From Microthyrium microscopicum (Eukaryota): 64,000 nucleotides of DNA. The notes beneath the pieces are model-generated. The model had not been told where the DNA came from. It saw nothing but the letters and a program-made list of their open reading frames with translations, and made no database searches. The stretch spans positions 1,894,627 through 1,958,626 of the forward strand of contig MU004230.1 in NCBI GenBank assembly GCA_010405405.1. The letters are read 5' to 3'. Below are positions 1 to 12,208 of the stretch, in pieces; position 1 is the first letter of the stretch, and each line of letters opens with the position of its first letter. The position numbers and the translations under genes were made by a program.

Positions 1-70
1 GACTATTCAGTAAGCGGATTGGACGCTGGAAAAGACTGCTATAGTCACGGACTTGAGCCATTGACACGAG

Positions 71-1065
71 ATGCCGTCCAAGCTATCATCACTGAACAAG
101 CAGAACCTCCTGCTTGAATTGTACGTCTTGGCTACTTGTATAATGGTGATCTATTTCTTGCTAAACTACTGTTAGTGCCAGTCTTCAGCACGCGTGTCCA
201 GAAGGCGTCTTTGTAACCATAACGCCAGGCAACCCAACATTATGGGCAGGAGTTCTTTTTGCTCGCAAAGGTAATGTGAAAGCAAGGCGTCTACATAGTA
301 TTCATGGATTGATCATTATCAGGTCCATACATGCCGTCTATTCTGCGATTTCAAATCTCATTTCCCGCCCAATTTCCATCTCAGCCTCCACTGGTCACCT
401 TCTCCTCAGAGATCTTCCACCCCTTACTCACACCTCTAAGCACTTATACATACACTACCAGTGCCACTGATACGGAGACCGTGAGCGCATCTGACCAGGA
501 AAGGCTTCCCCCAGGCGGCTTTAGTCTTCGGCATGGATTCCCTCAATGGTTCAAACAGGCACGTGAATCATCTGGAGCCAAATCTCCTACTGGCCTTATC
601 ACTGGAAGCTCAGCCGCATCTACTGTAACAGTCTACGAAATTCTTGAATACCTTAAGCTCGCTTTCAACGAGGAGTCCTTCTTGGACTCAATTCCTCTTG
701 AAGCGGCGGCCAACCCCGGCGCATATCACGCATGGAACGCCCATCAGGCCCGCAAATCTAGTCGAGCCGTCTCGCCCCAGTCCGGTCCATCTAGCAAACG
801 AAGTAGCGGTATTGAGAATATGTCAGGGACCTTGAGTGGTGACAATGAATCTGCTGCTGCTACCAACAGAGGACGTAAGCCGGGCCAATGGAACTGGGAG
901 GGTGTATGGGAGGATCGCGTAAAAAGAGGAATACAGTCCACCGTCGCAGAACAGGTTCTATTCGGAAGCTCGAGCGCGGCGGATGAACTCATCAGATTCT
1001 CCAGTCTGGATCCGGATCAGCTTGGTGCTATTCTACAGGAGATGGGGAAGGACCGGGCAATATGA
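71..1065 (+). CDS. Catalytically inactive E2/UBC-fold protein, AKTIP/FTS (crossbronx)-like; probable FTS-Hook-FHIP complex subunit
   Basis: Exons 71-120, 176-270, 323-1065 (GTACGT..TTAG and GTAATG..TCAG introns) splice to 295 aa. MPSKL..LLLEF..CPEGVFV..PTLWAGVLFARKGPY..ILRFQISFP..PPLVTF..IFHPL is a UBC fold with no catalytic Cys after the HP motif. Confidence 0.8.
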
Positions 1066-1423
1066 TCACGAGCTTCAAGACCATCAAATTCTACTTAGAA
1101 AGCGCTCGGCTCAGTCGACTGAATTTGTGCAAGGTGTAGTGTATGCTTCAGCCCATCGCACTTGACAAGGTGGCCATCTGAGGCGATGGAGGAAAGCATG
1201 CTCCAAGTGCATCTTGTTAACGTGGCGATCCTGCCTACCTGAGTAGAAACCCATCAACAATCACTACTCCAAAGATGAACAACATGGCATCCTCAAACTA
1301 TCAGATATCCATCAACGTCCCGGAGACCAGTTTGTTTATCGGATCTTTGCATTTTAGAGTAACTCGCCCGATATGTTTATGTCTTGGGGCAGTATATCAT
1401 CCGGACAATTGGCGGCTCCCACC

Positions 1424-4400
1424 ATGTCGCGCTCCAAGAAGCCATCTGCTTCCCCTTTGAGAATCCGCAAAACTAGGGAGAATCTCAACGCTCCCAACCA
1501 AGTGGGGCCTTCCAAAAGCAGAAAGACTTTCACCAAAAAAGAAAATGAATCGTCACACTCAATATTCTCCATCCCGCCTCTTTATTCTGCACCTCTTCCA
1601 CCACTCTATACACCAAGCGAAAACTCATCCTCTGTGACCATCACCAAAGCCAAGAGCACAATGTGAGATCGCCTCTATTCCTTATGAGCTGAGCTAACTA
1701 GTTATCCAGGGACGGATTTGCCGTTGGATTCATGACCGCCGCCAGCCGCGATGCTGCTGAGAAAAGAGCTCGCTACAAACCTGCGGCCGAGCCTGCTGCT
1801 CGACCACAATCAGAACCCGCTGTTCAGCGCTCGATGTCGGATGGCCAACAGAAGGATGAAAGCCTCCGTCGTCGAGTAGTCACACAAGTCAAAGCTAAAT
1901 TGCGCAAGCCGAGCAAGAAGGTATGTCAAGTCTTCGCTCACCCTAACCTGGTTACCAAGGAGACGCTGCTACTGTCCCTCTCGGCTCTAGCAATGCTTAC
2001 TATTCCTCCTTGCACCTCCATAACGACGGCTTCAGAGGCATATTTTAGCTAACAATAATAGGACCATATTGATAAGACCTCAGAATCTCTATTACCGGAA
2101 CCGCAATCCCCAGCACCGGTCCAAGAATCACAGTCTGACGTGCCTGTCCACGAACGTCAACCTGAAGCACCGGTCCAACTACATTCAGTTGCTTCTGACT
2201 GGGCCACCATCGCAAGCACTACAGATTCACGCGGTGCAGTGGAAGACTCTATCGTTGCTTCCAGCCAATATTCTATGGATGAGTCCGTTGGCAGTAGCAT
2301 CCTCGATCTGCGACATGTCTCTTATGACAGCATGACGGCTGCTCCAGATATCGCCAACGTCTTACAGAATCGAAAGCCCAGAACTTCCGTGGCAATTAGC
2401 GACGAAGCTTTTCCATCACACTCTGATTCTTCCCACAACAGTATGCATCCTAGTGCATTTAGCAGCGATGCTTTGTCCGGTCAGGCGCAAACAACTGCTC
2501 ATACGAGCATTTTTGATTCTCCATCGCGTCGAATGGGTGGATATGAGTCTCAAGCACACCCCTCAGCTTCCTATGAGCCTCCTACACTGACACTGAGCGC
2601 TTCTCTTTCTGTCTCTGCAGACATGGAGTCTTTAGAATCTTCACACGAAAACCGAAATGCTTAGTTGGCAATTCAAATTCGTGGTGAAGTGAAGAATCAG
2701 TCGGAAGATGAGAAATCTTCCCAGGTTGTTCCCTTTAACGCTCCTAGCTTAGCAGTGGCTATTGTTCTGGACAACTCGTACGTCCTCCCCTGTTTAATCC
2801 ATCAATATACTAATGATTGATAGTGCATTCGCATCTCCAATTTTCCTGCAGCAGGCAACTGAGCAAATCTTGAGAATCGCAAGTCTTCTACGCGGTCGTG
2901 CCGATCAATTTGGAATTTATGCCACTGTTACTGCTGGAGATGGAAACTCTTTGATGGAGCATGAGGTGTGCCCGCTGGGCACTCCCGCGCTTGGCCCCAT
3001 TCGCCGTGAGCTTCATGCTCTTAGTTGTCTGGATGTTTCGAGTCGTCACTATCCTAAGATAGGTGGTGCTGTTACACAAGCGTCTGACGCTCTGCGAGAG
3101 CTAGACTTTGCTCAACTCCATGAGACGCGAATTGCCAAGCGTGCCATAATAGTTATTGCTCCTCACTCTGTGGATTTTCAAGATGATGTCAGAGAGCTAG
3201 AAGGTGTTCAGCTTCACTATTTGTCCCCTGGTATTATACCAAGTCGGTCAAAGTGTTCAAGTGCTTACAGATGGTTCATCAATTCGCCCTTTGCTCAAGG
3301 ACGTCAGAAAGACGACATCCAGAGCGATGCTGAGTGGAACAAGACCTTGGGTGCACTATTGTCGTCCGCTCGTCATGCTTCGAAATTGGGAGCGATTCAG
3401 AACGTCAATATCGAGCTCATTCCAGGCCCTGAGACGAAAATCATTGACAAGATTAGTGATCAGTCGCTCGATTGCCTGCTTCCCGGGCAGAGTATTACTC
3501 TTCTGGTCAACCTAGAAGTCGAATCGCTTCAGGAGTATGATGGTGGTCAGCCAGGACCCAAGAAGGCTCCCGGCCACGGCTTTACCATGTCCCGTGCTAT
3601 CAACGACTTGGAAGTCATGCTCGAGAAGGTCCTTCGCGAGCTCATTACCGTGAAGGTAACTTATCAGCACTCGCATTTCCATGGTCACACTATGAACATG
3701 GAGGAAACAACATGGATTCGGCGTCCCGCTCGCACTTCACCAGAGTATGGTCCAAGGTAAGCTGCCGTGAATATACTCACTTTCGGGAACGTATGAACTA
3801 ATCTATTGCAGTCGACGGTTCTCGCAGATGCTCAGTTCTACTCACCAAGCTCTAGCTGTGAGTCTTGCTTCCAAGCCACAAGCTTCCGAGAGCATTGCAT
3901 CCCTTCAATTGTATTCTTCACATCTCATGGGCCTCGATGAAGGACTACTTGACCTCCTACATGATGAGTTGTGGTTTCAGCACAATGCAGACAGCACACA
4001 GTCTTTAGTGTCTCGATTCGAGCGGCAATCCCTCTCTTACAATGGAAGCATGCTCCGCAAGCGTTCCCAGCTCGATGTTAGCAAGCTTCGAGGAAACTCC
4101 TTCCAAAGCATGGGAAATTCTAGCCTCGAATTGCGCCGCTCTCGACTCGGTGATGGCACAAGAGGCACCATGCGATCGCCACTATTTCCTCCAGCTCCGA
4201 CCTCTACGCCCTTGAGCCCACAATTTCCACACCGTCGCGAATTCAGCAGCCAGTCTGTTGACAGCAATGGCGAAGACCCAGCTCGCATGATCTGGCGCAA
4301 TTTGCGACAAATGAGCAGAGGCAACGGCCCCGATACACCCCTTGAAGAAGACGAAGATCGCTTTGAAGAGCCGTGGATGAAAGAGAAGGTGGAAAAGGTG

Positions 4401-4511
4401 AAGCAGGAGGCTTTGCGTAACCGTCGAAGTATTGGTCAGGATACCTTGCGCAGCATGGCACGCTCGACTTTTGAGCGAGATGAATCAATGCCCAACATGC
4501 CTTTTGAGTAA
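1424..4511 (+). CDS. Five-exon protein with disordered N-terminus and vWA-like domain; one in-frame TAG at 2662-2664 (candidate editing- or readthrough-dependent gene, or recent nonsense allele)
   Basis: Exons 1424-1662, 1710-1920, 2062-2777, 2824-3756, 3812-4511. All four introns are GT..AG with CTAAC/CTAAT branch sites and correct phase, giving 933 codons with a single internal stop at codon 351. The vWA-like strand LAVAIVLDNSAFAS is formed across the exon 3/4 junction. Confidence 0.75.
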
Positions 4512-4531
4512 GAAGTTCGAGATTCCACTCC

Positions 4532-4670
4532 ATGTCAGCGAGAAGATTAATGTCAGCAAAAACTCATTGTCAACAAAAACAACATTGTTCGCGGAAAGAT
4601 GAATGTCAGCGGAAAAATTGATGCCAACGAAAAGACAGTGTCACCGATCAAACGAATGTCAGCGATGGAT
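4532..4670 (+). repeat. Degenerate 17-18 bp minisatellite (core ATGTCAGCG..), 8 units, just 3' of the stop codon
   Basis: TGTC/TGTT/TGCC cores start at 4533, 4551, 4568, 4586, 4604, 4622, 4639 and 4657. Confidence 0.65.
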
Positions 4671-5073
4671 TAGTTAGACAATTGTAGTCAGGTTTGAAAA
4701 GGTCATTACTACCCCTTCTGGATATGGGGGTTGGGATGCATGGCTCTTACTCTAGAGTAGAGTATGTCGTCTCAACCAGAATTAAATCATTGTTGCATAT
4801 TCCTCTAGGCCCATGCTATAGCCATATCCGTCTAGCATTGTTATTGTCGAAATATCTTGCCTTTCTAAGGCGACCACGTACAGTATGTATCTTTGCTTGA
4901 GCTCAGCGACCTTCATGCCACGCCGATTTCAAGTTGAGGATACTACTAGCATGTATAATCGATACCCCACTGGATAACTCGATCCACCTCTGCGATGCAA
5001 TGCACCCTTTGGAGCTGAAGTGGTAGATCTGATTCAGTCTTCAGTCTTGCAGAACGGCTGCAGAGTACTTTGC

Positions 5074-5848
5074 CATGGCCCACGAAGAGGAAGAATATGC
5101 GTCTATCCAGCGTGCCATATTCATCAGGCAATAACAATTTCGGAATATTCAATTAGCTGAGTCAAATGGACGTGGCAGTATGTGCATATGTAAATCCAAT
5201 CAGATTGTGGAGCTAATGCAATACGGGCTCTTGACTGTATTTTTAGCTGCACGACAACGGCCTTGGTGGAGTGCCGAAACGGTGGCGTCCATCTCCCCAT
5301 CTGAACCTGATATCGGCATTGCGGCAATATTTCAACCCCTTGAGGCTGGAATTATTTCTAACAAAAGTCACAATGTAGAGCAGTGGTTCAAGTGTCATTG
5401 AGATCGTACACGTAAAGTGAAACACGGCAGGAGATGACCATCGATGATCTTGCCAGTGTTCGAATTGAAGATATCAATAGGTATGCTTTTGACTTCATCA
5501 AAAGAGCAAGGCTAGGATCGCAAAATGGACGCTACTGCTCCTTCTGCAGATTGCAGCTATCACGCTCGACCGAAATACGAACAATTCCGCAAAGATATTG
5601 TGCCTTGCCTGCGAGATATCGTATGGTGGGAGTTTAGTCCGAACCTGGCTATGCTAGATTCGTCTTTTTCAACTATCAGAGGCTCCAACCACCTGCACAA
5701 CGCCAACAACCCGCCAGTCAGATGGCGATCTGGGTCTAAATGTCCTTGCCTTGGAGGAAGTCGACTTGAATATGCGTACCGCCTCCACCATGATAAACTT
5801 ATGCCGGTGTCTTGCCCGTTCACGCCTGGACTGGACCCTGCAGGCTGA
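5074..5848 (+). pseudogene. Possible decayed gene of unknown family
   Basis: Intron-like segment GTATGT(5178)..CTAAT..TTTTAG(5246) joins protein-like fragments (MAHEEEEYASIQRAIF, RPWWSAETVAS, MTIDDLASVRIEDINRY, DIVPCLRDIVWWEF) that are broken by stops and frameshifts. Confidence 0.25.
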
Positions 5849-6020
5849 ATCAAAAGTCACTGGTATTCCATGTGGAGCTAGATAATCTACAGAAAACTAT
5901 GGTCGTCTTCTTTTCTCACTAGCAAATGTTTTGCTGGTTGGCGATTGACAGCAGGAATACAGCAATTCACGAATAAGTACGGTGCAATAATAACAAGAGT
6001 AACTTCAACGTCAACCGACC

Positions 6021-9000
6021 ATGCAGCAACACTTCGTGCAACGGAAGTCTCTTCCGCAAGAGCATCAGAGGTTGTCTCTTATTGAAGAGCGGGCTGGATC
6101 TCCTGAGGTAGTGGATCAAACTGCGCCTATGATGAACAATAGATACTCTCAAAGAAGGGGCTCCAGGCATACAACAAGTACAGGAAGTGGCATATCTACG
6201 CTCACTACAACACCAGAAGGTTCAAATACACCAAATACGCGACCAATAAGTCAATATTATGATCTTCCACCGATACTTCCACCAGTCGATTTCCACAATG
6301 GTCGCGCATCTGGAGGAATTCAGCGGCCAGTCTCTCCAGAATTCGCGGATATCGAAGTGTTGAATCCTCCACCCCCAATTATAGATCCCGCATATTCGCA
6401 TCGTAGATCTACTTCTGGAGGCAACCATAACCATCGATCATGGCAATCTTACAACTCCATTCCCTTGTCTGGGCGAGGCAGCCCCAACAATGGACGAGGG
6501 TCACCCTACACTGGAAGAGGAACGTCGATAACTGGCTCAGGCACACCAGTAAGAGATGGCAGCCCCGGGACGGACCGTGGATCAAGAGTATCAAGCAACA
6601 TCAACGTGTCTGTCAGTGTCTCCTCTCATACCCAGCTGGTCAACACAACAGGGTCAGAAAAGCGAAAGATGCACCCGCTTTCGCGGAAGATATCGCGCCC
6701 ATTTTCAAGGGGCAGACTCTCAGGAAGTCGTGGCCGACTTTCGCTTCGTGGATCTGAAGCTGGGCATTCCAAGAAGCTTTGGACTCCTTGGTCGCTTCAT
6801 ATTATTCTGCTTGGTCTCATAATGTGTTTTCTGGTGGCTACGATTGCAGTTCTTGAGGTAATCAACCACAAGTCACAAAAACAAAGTGGATTCGCTACGG
6901 ACAAAAGCAAGCCATACCTTTGGACATTTATACCACCGGCTAGTATGTATCCAAAATGTTACTCGTAGACTTCTGTCGCTAACTTGAACTGCAGTTTTCA
7001 CGCTTTTGCTCATTGCATGGAACAGAGTAGAATATCGAACGAAGCAACTCATTCCCTGGAAGTACATGTACAAAGGCTCTACCCACGCAGATTCTAGCGT
7101 TCTCCTGGATTACGTTTCTCCGCTCAATATAACAGCGCTTTGGAGAGCTGTTGGAATGGGCCATCTTCCAATTACTCTTGTAGTAGCTGGCAACCTGTTG
7201 ATCAAGTTACTGATCATAGCCTCAACCTTTTTATGGGGTTTGAAATACGTCCAGGCTCAAGTCCAATCATCTGGTTCCTCGGGCTTGACCACAGCCAACT
7301 TGTTTGATGCAAGCAGATTTTCATCAGGGTCAGTCGGCGGATTACCAGCCATGAATGCTCTATCCTCCTTGGCTATCGGCACGAATTACCCTGGTGTGAG
7401 CAATACAGACTACGCTGCATACCAATCAATAAGAGCGGACGGGACATACGGATCCATTTCGTCAACAGTCGATACGTTCCCGCCAAGTCTTAGTTGTCAG
7501 CAGGTTTCGCTCGGGGCAGTCAAGGATAATACAGATTCTTCATGTTCTGATCAGACATGTGCAGAAACAACATCCATTCAAGTTCTCAATGGCTGCCAGT
7601 CCAATTACACGATATCGATACCAGGCTCGAGCAATACCCAAGGCATTCAGCGATTTGGACTTGTAGTACTAATCGATTGTTCAAGCGCTTCCAGTACCTT
7701 GGGAATCTTCACTGGATATTTGAGTCGCGAGACAAATGTTACATCAAAGCTGATCAACAGCACGTCTATCATCTGCTCACCAACATATCAGGTTGGCAAA
7801 GCGGCCATCACTTTGAACTCAGCTGGTTCCCTTACTGCGTACACACCCAGCACTTCTACCTCGGCGCTCACTGGTCTCAACTCCGGGGCATTTCTCAAGG
7901 GTGTCTACAACTCTGCGTTGCTCGGGAACTTTCCTTCACCAGCCCAGCTATCAACCACTTCGAGTACCTCTTCTCAGTTGAGCTGGCCCAAATCACTTGG
8001 CAGCTTTACAGCAGCAGGACTAGCTCCCTTTTTGGTTCTTGCCGGCTACAGCTCACCAACGGCAAATTTCGAAACTGTTGGGGATCTCCAGTCTGCGTCA
8101 GTCAAGGCCCATAATATGCTAGCTGCACATGTGGCAGCAAAGTATCTGCAAGTAGCGTCAACCAAAGCAACAACTGGAACTGTTACACAGTTTTCTGCCA
8201 GGGTTATAGCCGACCAAGTCGCTGTCAGAATCATAGATGTCGTTGTTCTTCTACTGATACTGATTGTAGCTGTTATAGCATTTGAACGGCCGACCAAAGT
8301 CACTTCAAGAGATACCAGCACAATCGGTGGTCTAGCGACTGTCTTGGCTCAAAGCCCAGAAACCGTTTCCATATTTCGTGGCACAGTCAATCTCTCCCAA
8401 AAGCAGCTACGCAATCGGATCGGATCTCGAAACTTTACATGCGGTGTTCAAGAAAGTAGCCCTCCAGCATATACCATTCGGTCTACGGCCAGTGATCAAG
8501 AAGCTTCAATTACTGGGAGCTTTGAACCAGCAACTTTCGGAGCGCCGAAAGTTTGGTGGGATCCTCTTAAGGACTGGTATCGTATTGCTGTGATAATTGT
8601 TGGGTTCCTCTTCATCATGGCTCTCGAATTCATGAGTCAATCATCACGTAAACATGGTGGTTTTGGTCAACTTGGAACCTCAGGCGGTGTTCCTGCTATT
8701 GCGATATGCTTTCCTGCCTTTTTCCTAACTATACTCGGTGGCATTTTTGGCCTCATCGATCATTACACTCGTATTCTACAGCCATATCGCCAGCTCAAGA
8801 CGAATCCAAGCACTGCTCCGCAAAGTATCTTCGTCAACTACCTTTCTCGGCCGGCTCTCGTGGCAATCTGGGACGCAATCATGCGAAAGCATATCGCAGT
8901 TATTCTTACAGCTTGTGTGTCGATAATAGCACCATTTCTCGTCATTGTCGTCGGCTCCTTGTTTGTAAATCAGCCTATGCAAGCCTCCTCCTCGGTCACA

Positions 9001-10299
9001 GGAATTAAGCTCCAGACCATTTTCGACGCATCCAAAATTCCGAGTTTCAATCAAAGTGCTATTCCAATCATTTCCAATCTTCCGAACAACCGCTCGACAT
9101 CTCCAGCCTGGACCTATGACACATATGCCATTGATCAAATCGCACTTCCCTCTGGCTTTGCCCCAAGTGCTGATGGTACAAGCTCGTCCACTGGGCCGTT
9201 TTCTACGATGAACATCGTAGTTCCAGCGCTACAAGCACATCTCAACTGCACCCCTGCGTCTTCCTCAGATGTTCTTATCACAGTCACTCCGCCCAACTTT
9301 GGCACAACTGGAGTCCAGCGAATCATTTCTGTTCCAGTCCCAACTGGTTGTGGTACTCCATGTTCAAACGAAACTTTCTCGAGTACTTGCGATGGAAAGA
9401 CACGCTGGGAAGGAGCTTCAACGACGCAAATGTTCACCGACTTTGCATCATTGGCCGCAGTAGGAGGTCTTACCTTTGCGAATGTTGCCGATATGGGAAC
9501 CAACTCTACGTCCTGTCCGCGCTTCAATTTACTATGGGGCAAGAACTCGGCCGACGGTACATTACTCGAAGACTTTACAGTATACAACTGCTATCCATAT
9601 ACCAACAGTCTCTCGGTCAATGCCACGATTCAAGTTCCCGGCTACACCGTCACAAGTGCCTCACCATCCAGCAACAGCAATACATCTGTCTTTACAGATT
9701 CTCCAAAAGCCATCATAAACCCTAACACGATGTTCCCCAAATACAGCTCAAGCAGCATAGCACCTTGGTTTGGTGCTATCATTGACTCCGGTGATATCGC
9801 ATCATCCGATCTCACGACCACAACTAGCAGTCAAAAGATCATTTCCGCGATGGACGCCATGTACGGTCGCGTAACAGCACAAAACTTTAACTTGAACCGC
9901 CGATCCACAGCAAGCTCAAACGAAGCACAACTGAATGGCACCATTTCAAGTGCGTACGGAATGCGTCTGACGCAAGACACCACAATCACAAGAGTCCTAG
10001 AGGTAATGATTGCAATAATGATCATTCTCACAGGAGCCTCTTTTGCTTTCATGGACGGACGAAAGCTCGTCCCAAACAATCCATGTAGTATTGCCGGAAT
10101 GGCGTCTCTCATTGCAGACTCTGAATTGGTAAAGTCAGAACTGGTTCCACCAGGTAGCGAATGGCTTAGCGATAGGGAACTTCGAAGACAAGGCGTATTT
10201 GAAGGATATATGTTTAGTATGGGCATGTGGGGACATGCAGTGGAAAAATCAGAGAGTGTGTTTGGTATCAATATTGGCCAGGCTGAGAAAGTGGACTGA
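6021..10299 (+). CDS. DUF3433-type multi-pass fungal membrane protein (~1408 aa)
   Basis: Exons 6021-6942 and 6995-10299 (GTATGT..GCTAAC..GCAG intron). Two repeated modules: W..VEYRTKQLIPW..SSVLLDYVSP and IDHYTRILQPY..QSIFVNYLS. RDTSTIGGLA and NPCSIAGMASL motifs, several TM helices and S/T-rich Cys-containing ectodomains. Confidence 0.85.
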
Positions 10300-10636
10300 T
10301 GTAATGTTTAAAGATTAACGACTATTTAATTTCTTTTCTATTTTGTCTTTCCATACTACGTTCTAAAGAGTACAATATGATACCTGATTCAAGCCTGACT
10401 TGTCTACGTCAATGAATATTTACATATTTTTGGATATTATACACAATTTGGTCTATAATTTAACCTATTACTCAAAGCAACTGCTACCCAATCGCTTGAG
10501 AGAATTTATGCCTGTGATTATTCGCGAAGATCTGGGTTTCATTGAGTTCCTGCTTCCTCCCGTGCATCATACTCTATCAACAAACCGTTCACTCTATTGC
10601 AGGCCACTTTCTATAATACTCTGAGACTCTTAGACC

Positions 10637-11299
10637 ATGGATCTACAGAATCAGCAATCCACCCAACGCACCTCTCTCAGATATGACGCCGCCCTAAGAG
10701 CCTGTCGAGACGGTGATCTCTCCACAGTCCAAAAACTTATCAACGAAGCTCAGCTTTTCAAGGATCCCAAATCTCTGCGCAAAGCCTGCGAAAACGGAAC
10801 ATGGGGAACGGGAGTCAAGAGCAGCAATGTCGCAAATGATAACGAATCGGCTTACGATACCACCGACTCGATACGCTTGCATACTATGCTTCAGACCGCA
10901 ACTACTAGAAGTCATACACGCATTGTCGTCTATTTACTGGATCAGTTCCCGGCTCGTGGATTGCACATTGCGGAGTGGGAGGTTGTGGTAAATGCCTTGG
11001 GAAGTGGCAGTATGGAGATGCTGACACCATTTCTGGCCGTGGATCCGGATATTGTGCACTGGGTAGACGATCGACTGGGTGGGACGGTGTTTGGCGTCAT
11101 CAATCGCTTGGTGGAGGAGTGGGAGAAGAAGAAGGCTCTATTTGAGCTACTGGTTGATCATGGCGCGGATCTAAATATGCTCTGGAGAGGGAGCAGCGTC
11201 CTGGACGAGGCACTCGATGAAGACTGTCAAGATACCATTGAGTGGATGATTGCACATGGAGCAAAGCGGAGCTATGATATGGGCACAGTAGAGTCATAA
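10637..11299 (+). CDS. Ankyrin-repeat protein (220 aa)
   Basis: Single ORF with ankyrin-like segments ACRDGDLSTVQKLI, SHTRIVVYLL, LFELLVDHGADLN and IEWMIAHGA. Confidence 0.75.
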   Translation: MDLQNQQSTQRTSLRYDAALRACRDGDLSTVQKLINEAQLFKDPKSLRKACENGTWGTGVKSSNVANDNESAYDTTDSIRLHTMLQTATTRSHTRIVVYLLDQFPARGLHIAEWEVVVNALGSGSMEMLTPFLAVDPDIVHWVDDRLGGTVFGVINRLVEEWEKKKALFELLVDHGADLNMLWRGSSVLDEALDEDCQDTIEWMIAHGAKRSYDMGTVES

Positions 11300-11391
11300 T
11301 CGCAGTGTGTAGGAGGCCTGCTCGTATCCCTGAAGGATAAATCTAATAGTCATACACGTGTGGGCACTTCCACAACCTCATATCATACAGT

Positions 11392-12208
11392 TCAAGGTCT
11401 TCGTGCCCTGGGACTTTCAACACCCGTCGCAATAGCTTCTTCCGTTTCCTCCATGCGCCGGCGCAAAGCTTCAACTCTTCTCGCATCTCTTCTGCTTCCT
11501 TGGCCAACCAGCCATCCTGGCACTCGCCAACTTGTGCCTGGAAGTATTTCGCTGCGGTACGCATTTCCAATTAACCAGCCTACAGCTGCCGGTAGAATTG
11601 CAGATGGGAACTGACTTAGCGCCAGCTGAAGGGGCAGGAAATAATTCGTTGACTTTGAGGACAACGTTATGGTCGCTGATGGAATTTGAGGAGGGTCTGG
11701 TGTTGGTGATGCAGTCCCAATTCGGTAGGTGTACATGGATGGAATAGCAGCTTGATACTGAGCGAGTATTGCGAATATCAAAGGAGTAGGTCCAGCGGGA
11801 AGATAGTTCAGGCGGCCAAAGGTCAATGGACGTAGTATGGCGAGGAGAAATGGTGGGAGAAGTAGCGAGAACGGTAGTGCGAGTAGTAAGAAGGACTGGA
11901 AGAAGTCAGTGAATCGCATCTGGTACAATAGAATGTATACTCACAGCAAACTTCCTGCTCCCCCAGAGTCTCTCAATCACACGTAGATGGTAGAAAGTCA
12001 TGGCAGCGAAGAGGACTTCTGTGGAATTGGTGTAGCAAGTCTGCCAGACAAGCAAGCGCCAGAACTGGCCCCATTGAGAGATCTGGGGTACGATCTGTAG
12101 GTAGAAGTAGTACTTGGTATCTGTTACGGATGCGAGGACTGAAGCTACAACAACCCAGAACACCAAGAGTTGTGAGACTGGTGCATTTGTAAAGCCTGAG
12201 GTCTGCAT
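11392..12208 (-). CDS. DSC2: Dsc2/UBAC2-like rhomboid pseudoprotease (Dsc E3 ligase subunit), 255 aa
   Basis: Exons 12208-11945 and 11895-11392 (intron 11944-11896, GTGAGT..CTGAC..CAG). Motifs SGFTNAPVS, QFWRLL, YHLRVIERLWGSRKFASF and NYLPAGPTPLIFAILAQY. No UBA domain is visible. Confidence 0.75.

Noticed and set aside
2813..3760. Treating the ORF-track 315-aa ORF as an independent gene starting at ATG 2813
   Set aside because: That ATG overlaps the branch site (TACTAAT) of intron 2778-2823. The ORF is exon 4 of the 1424-4511 gene.
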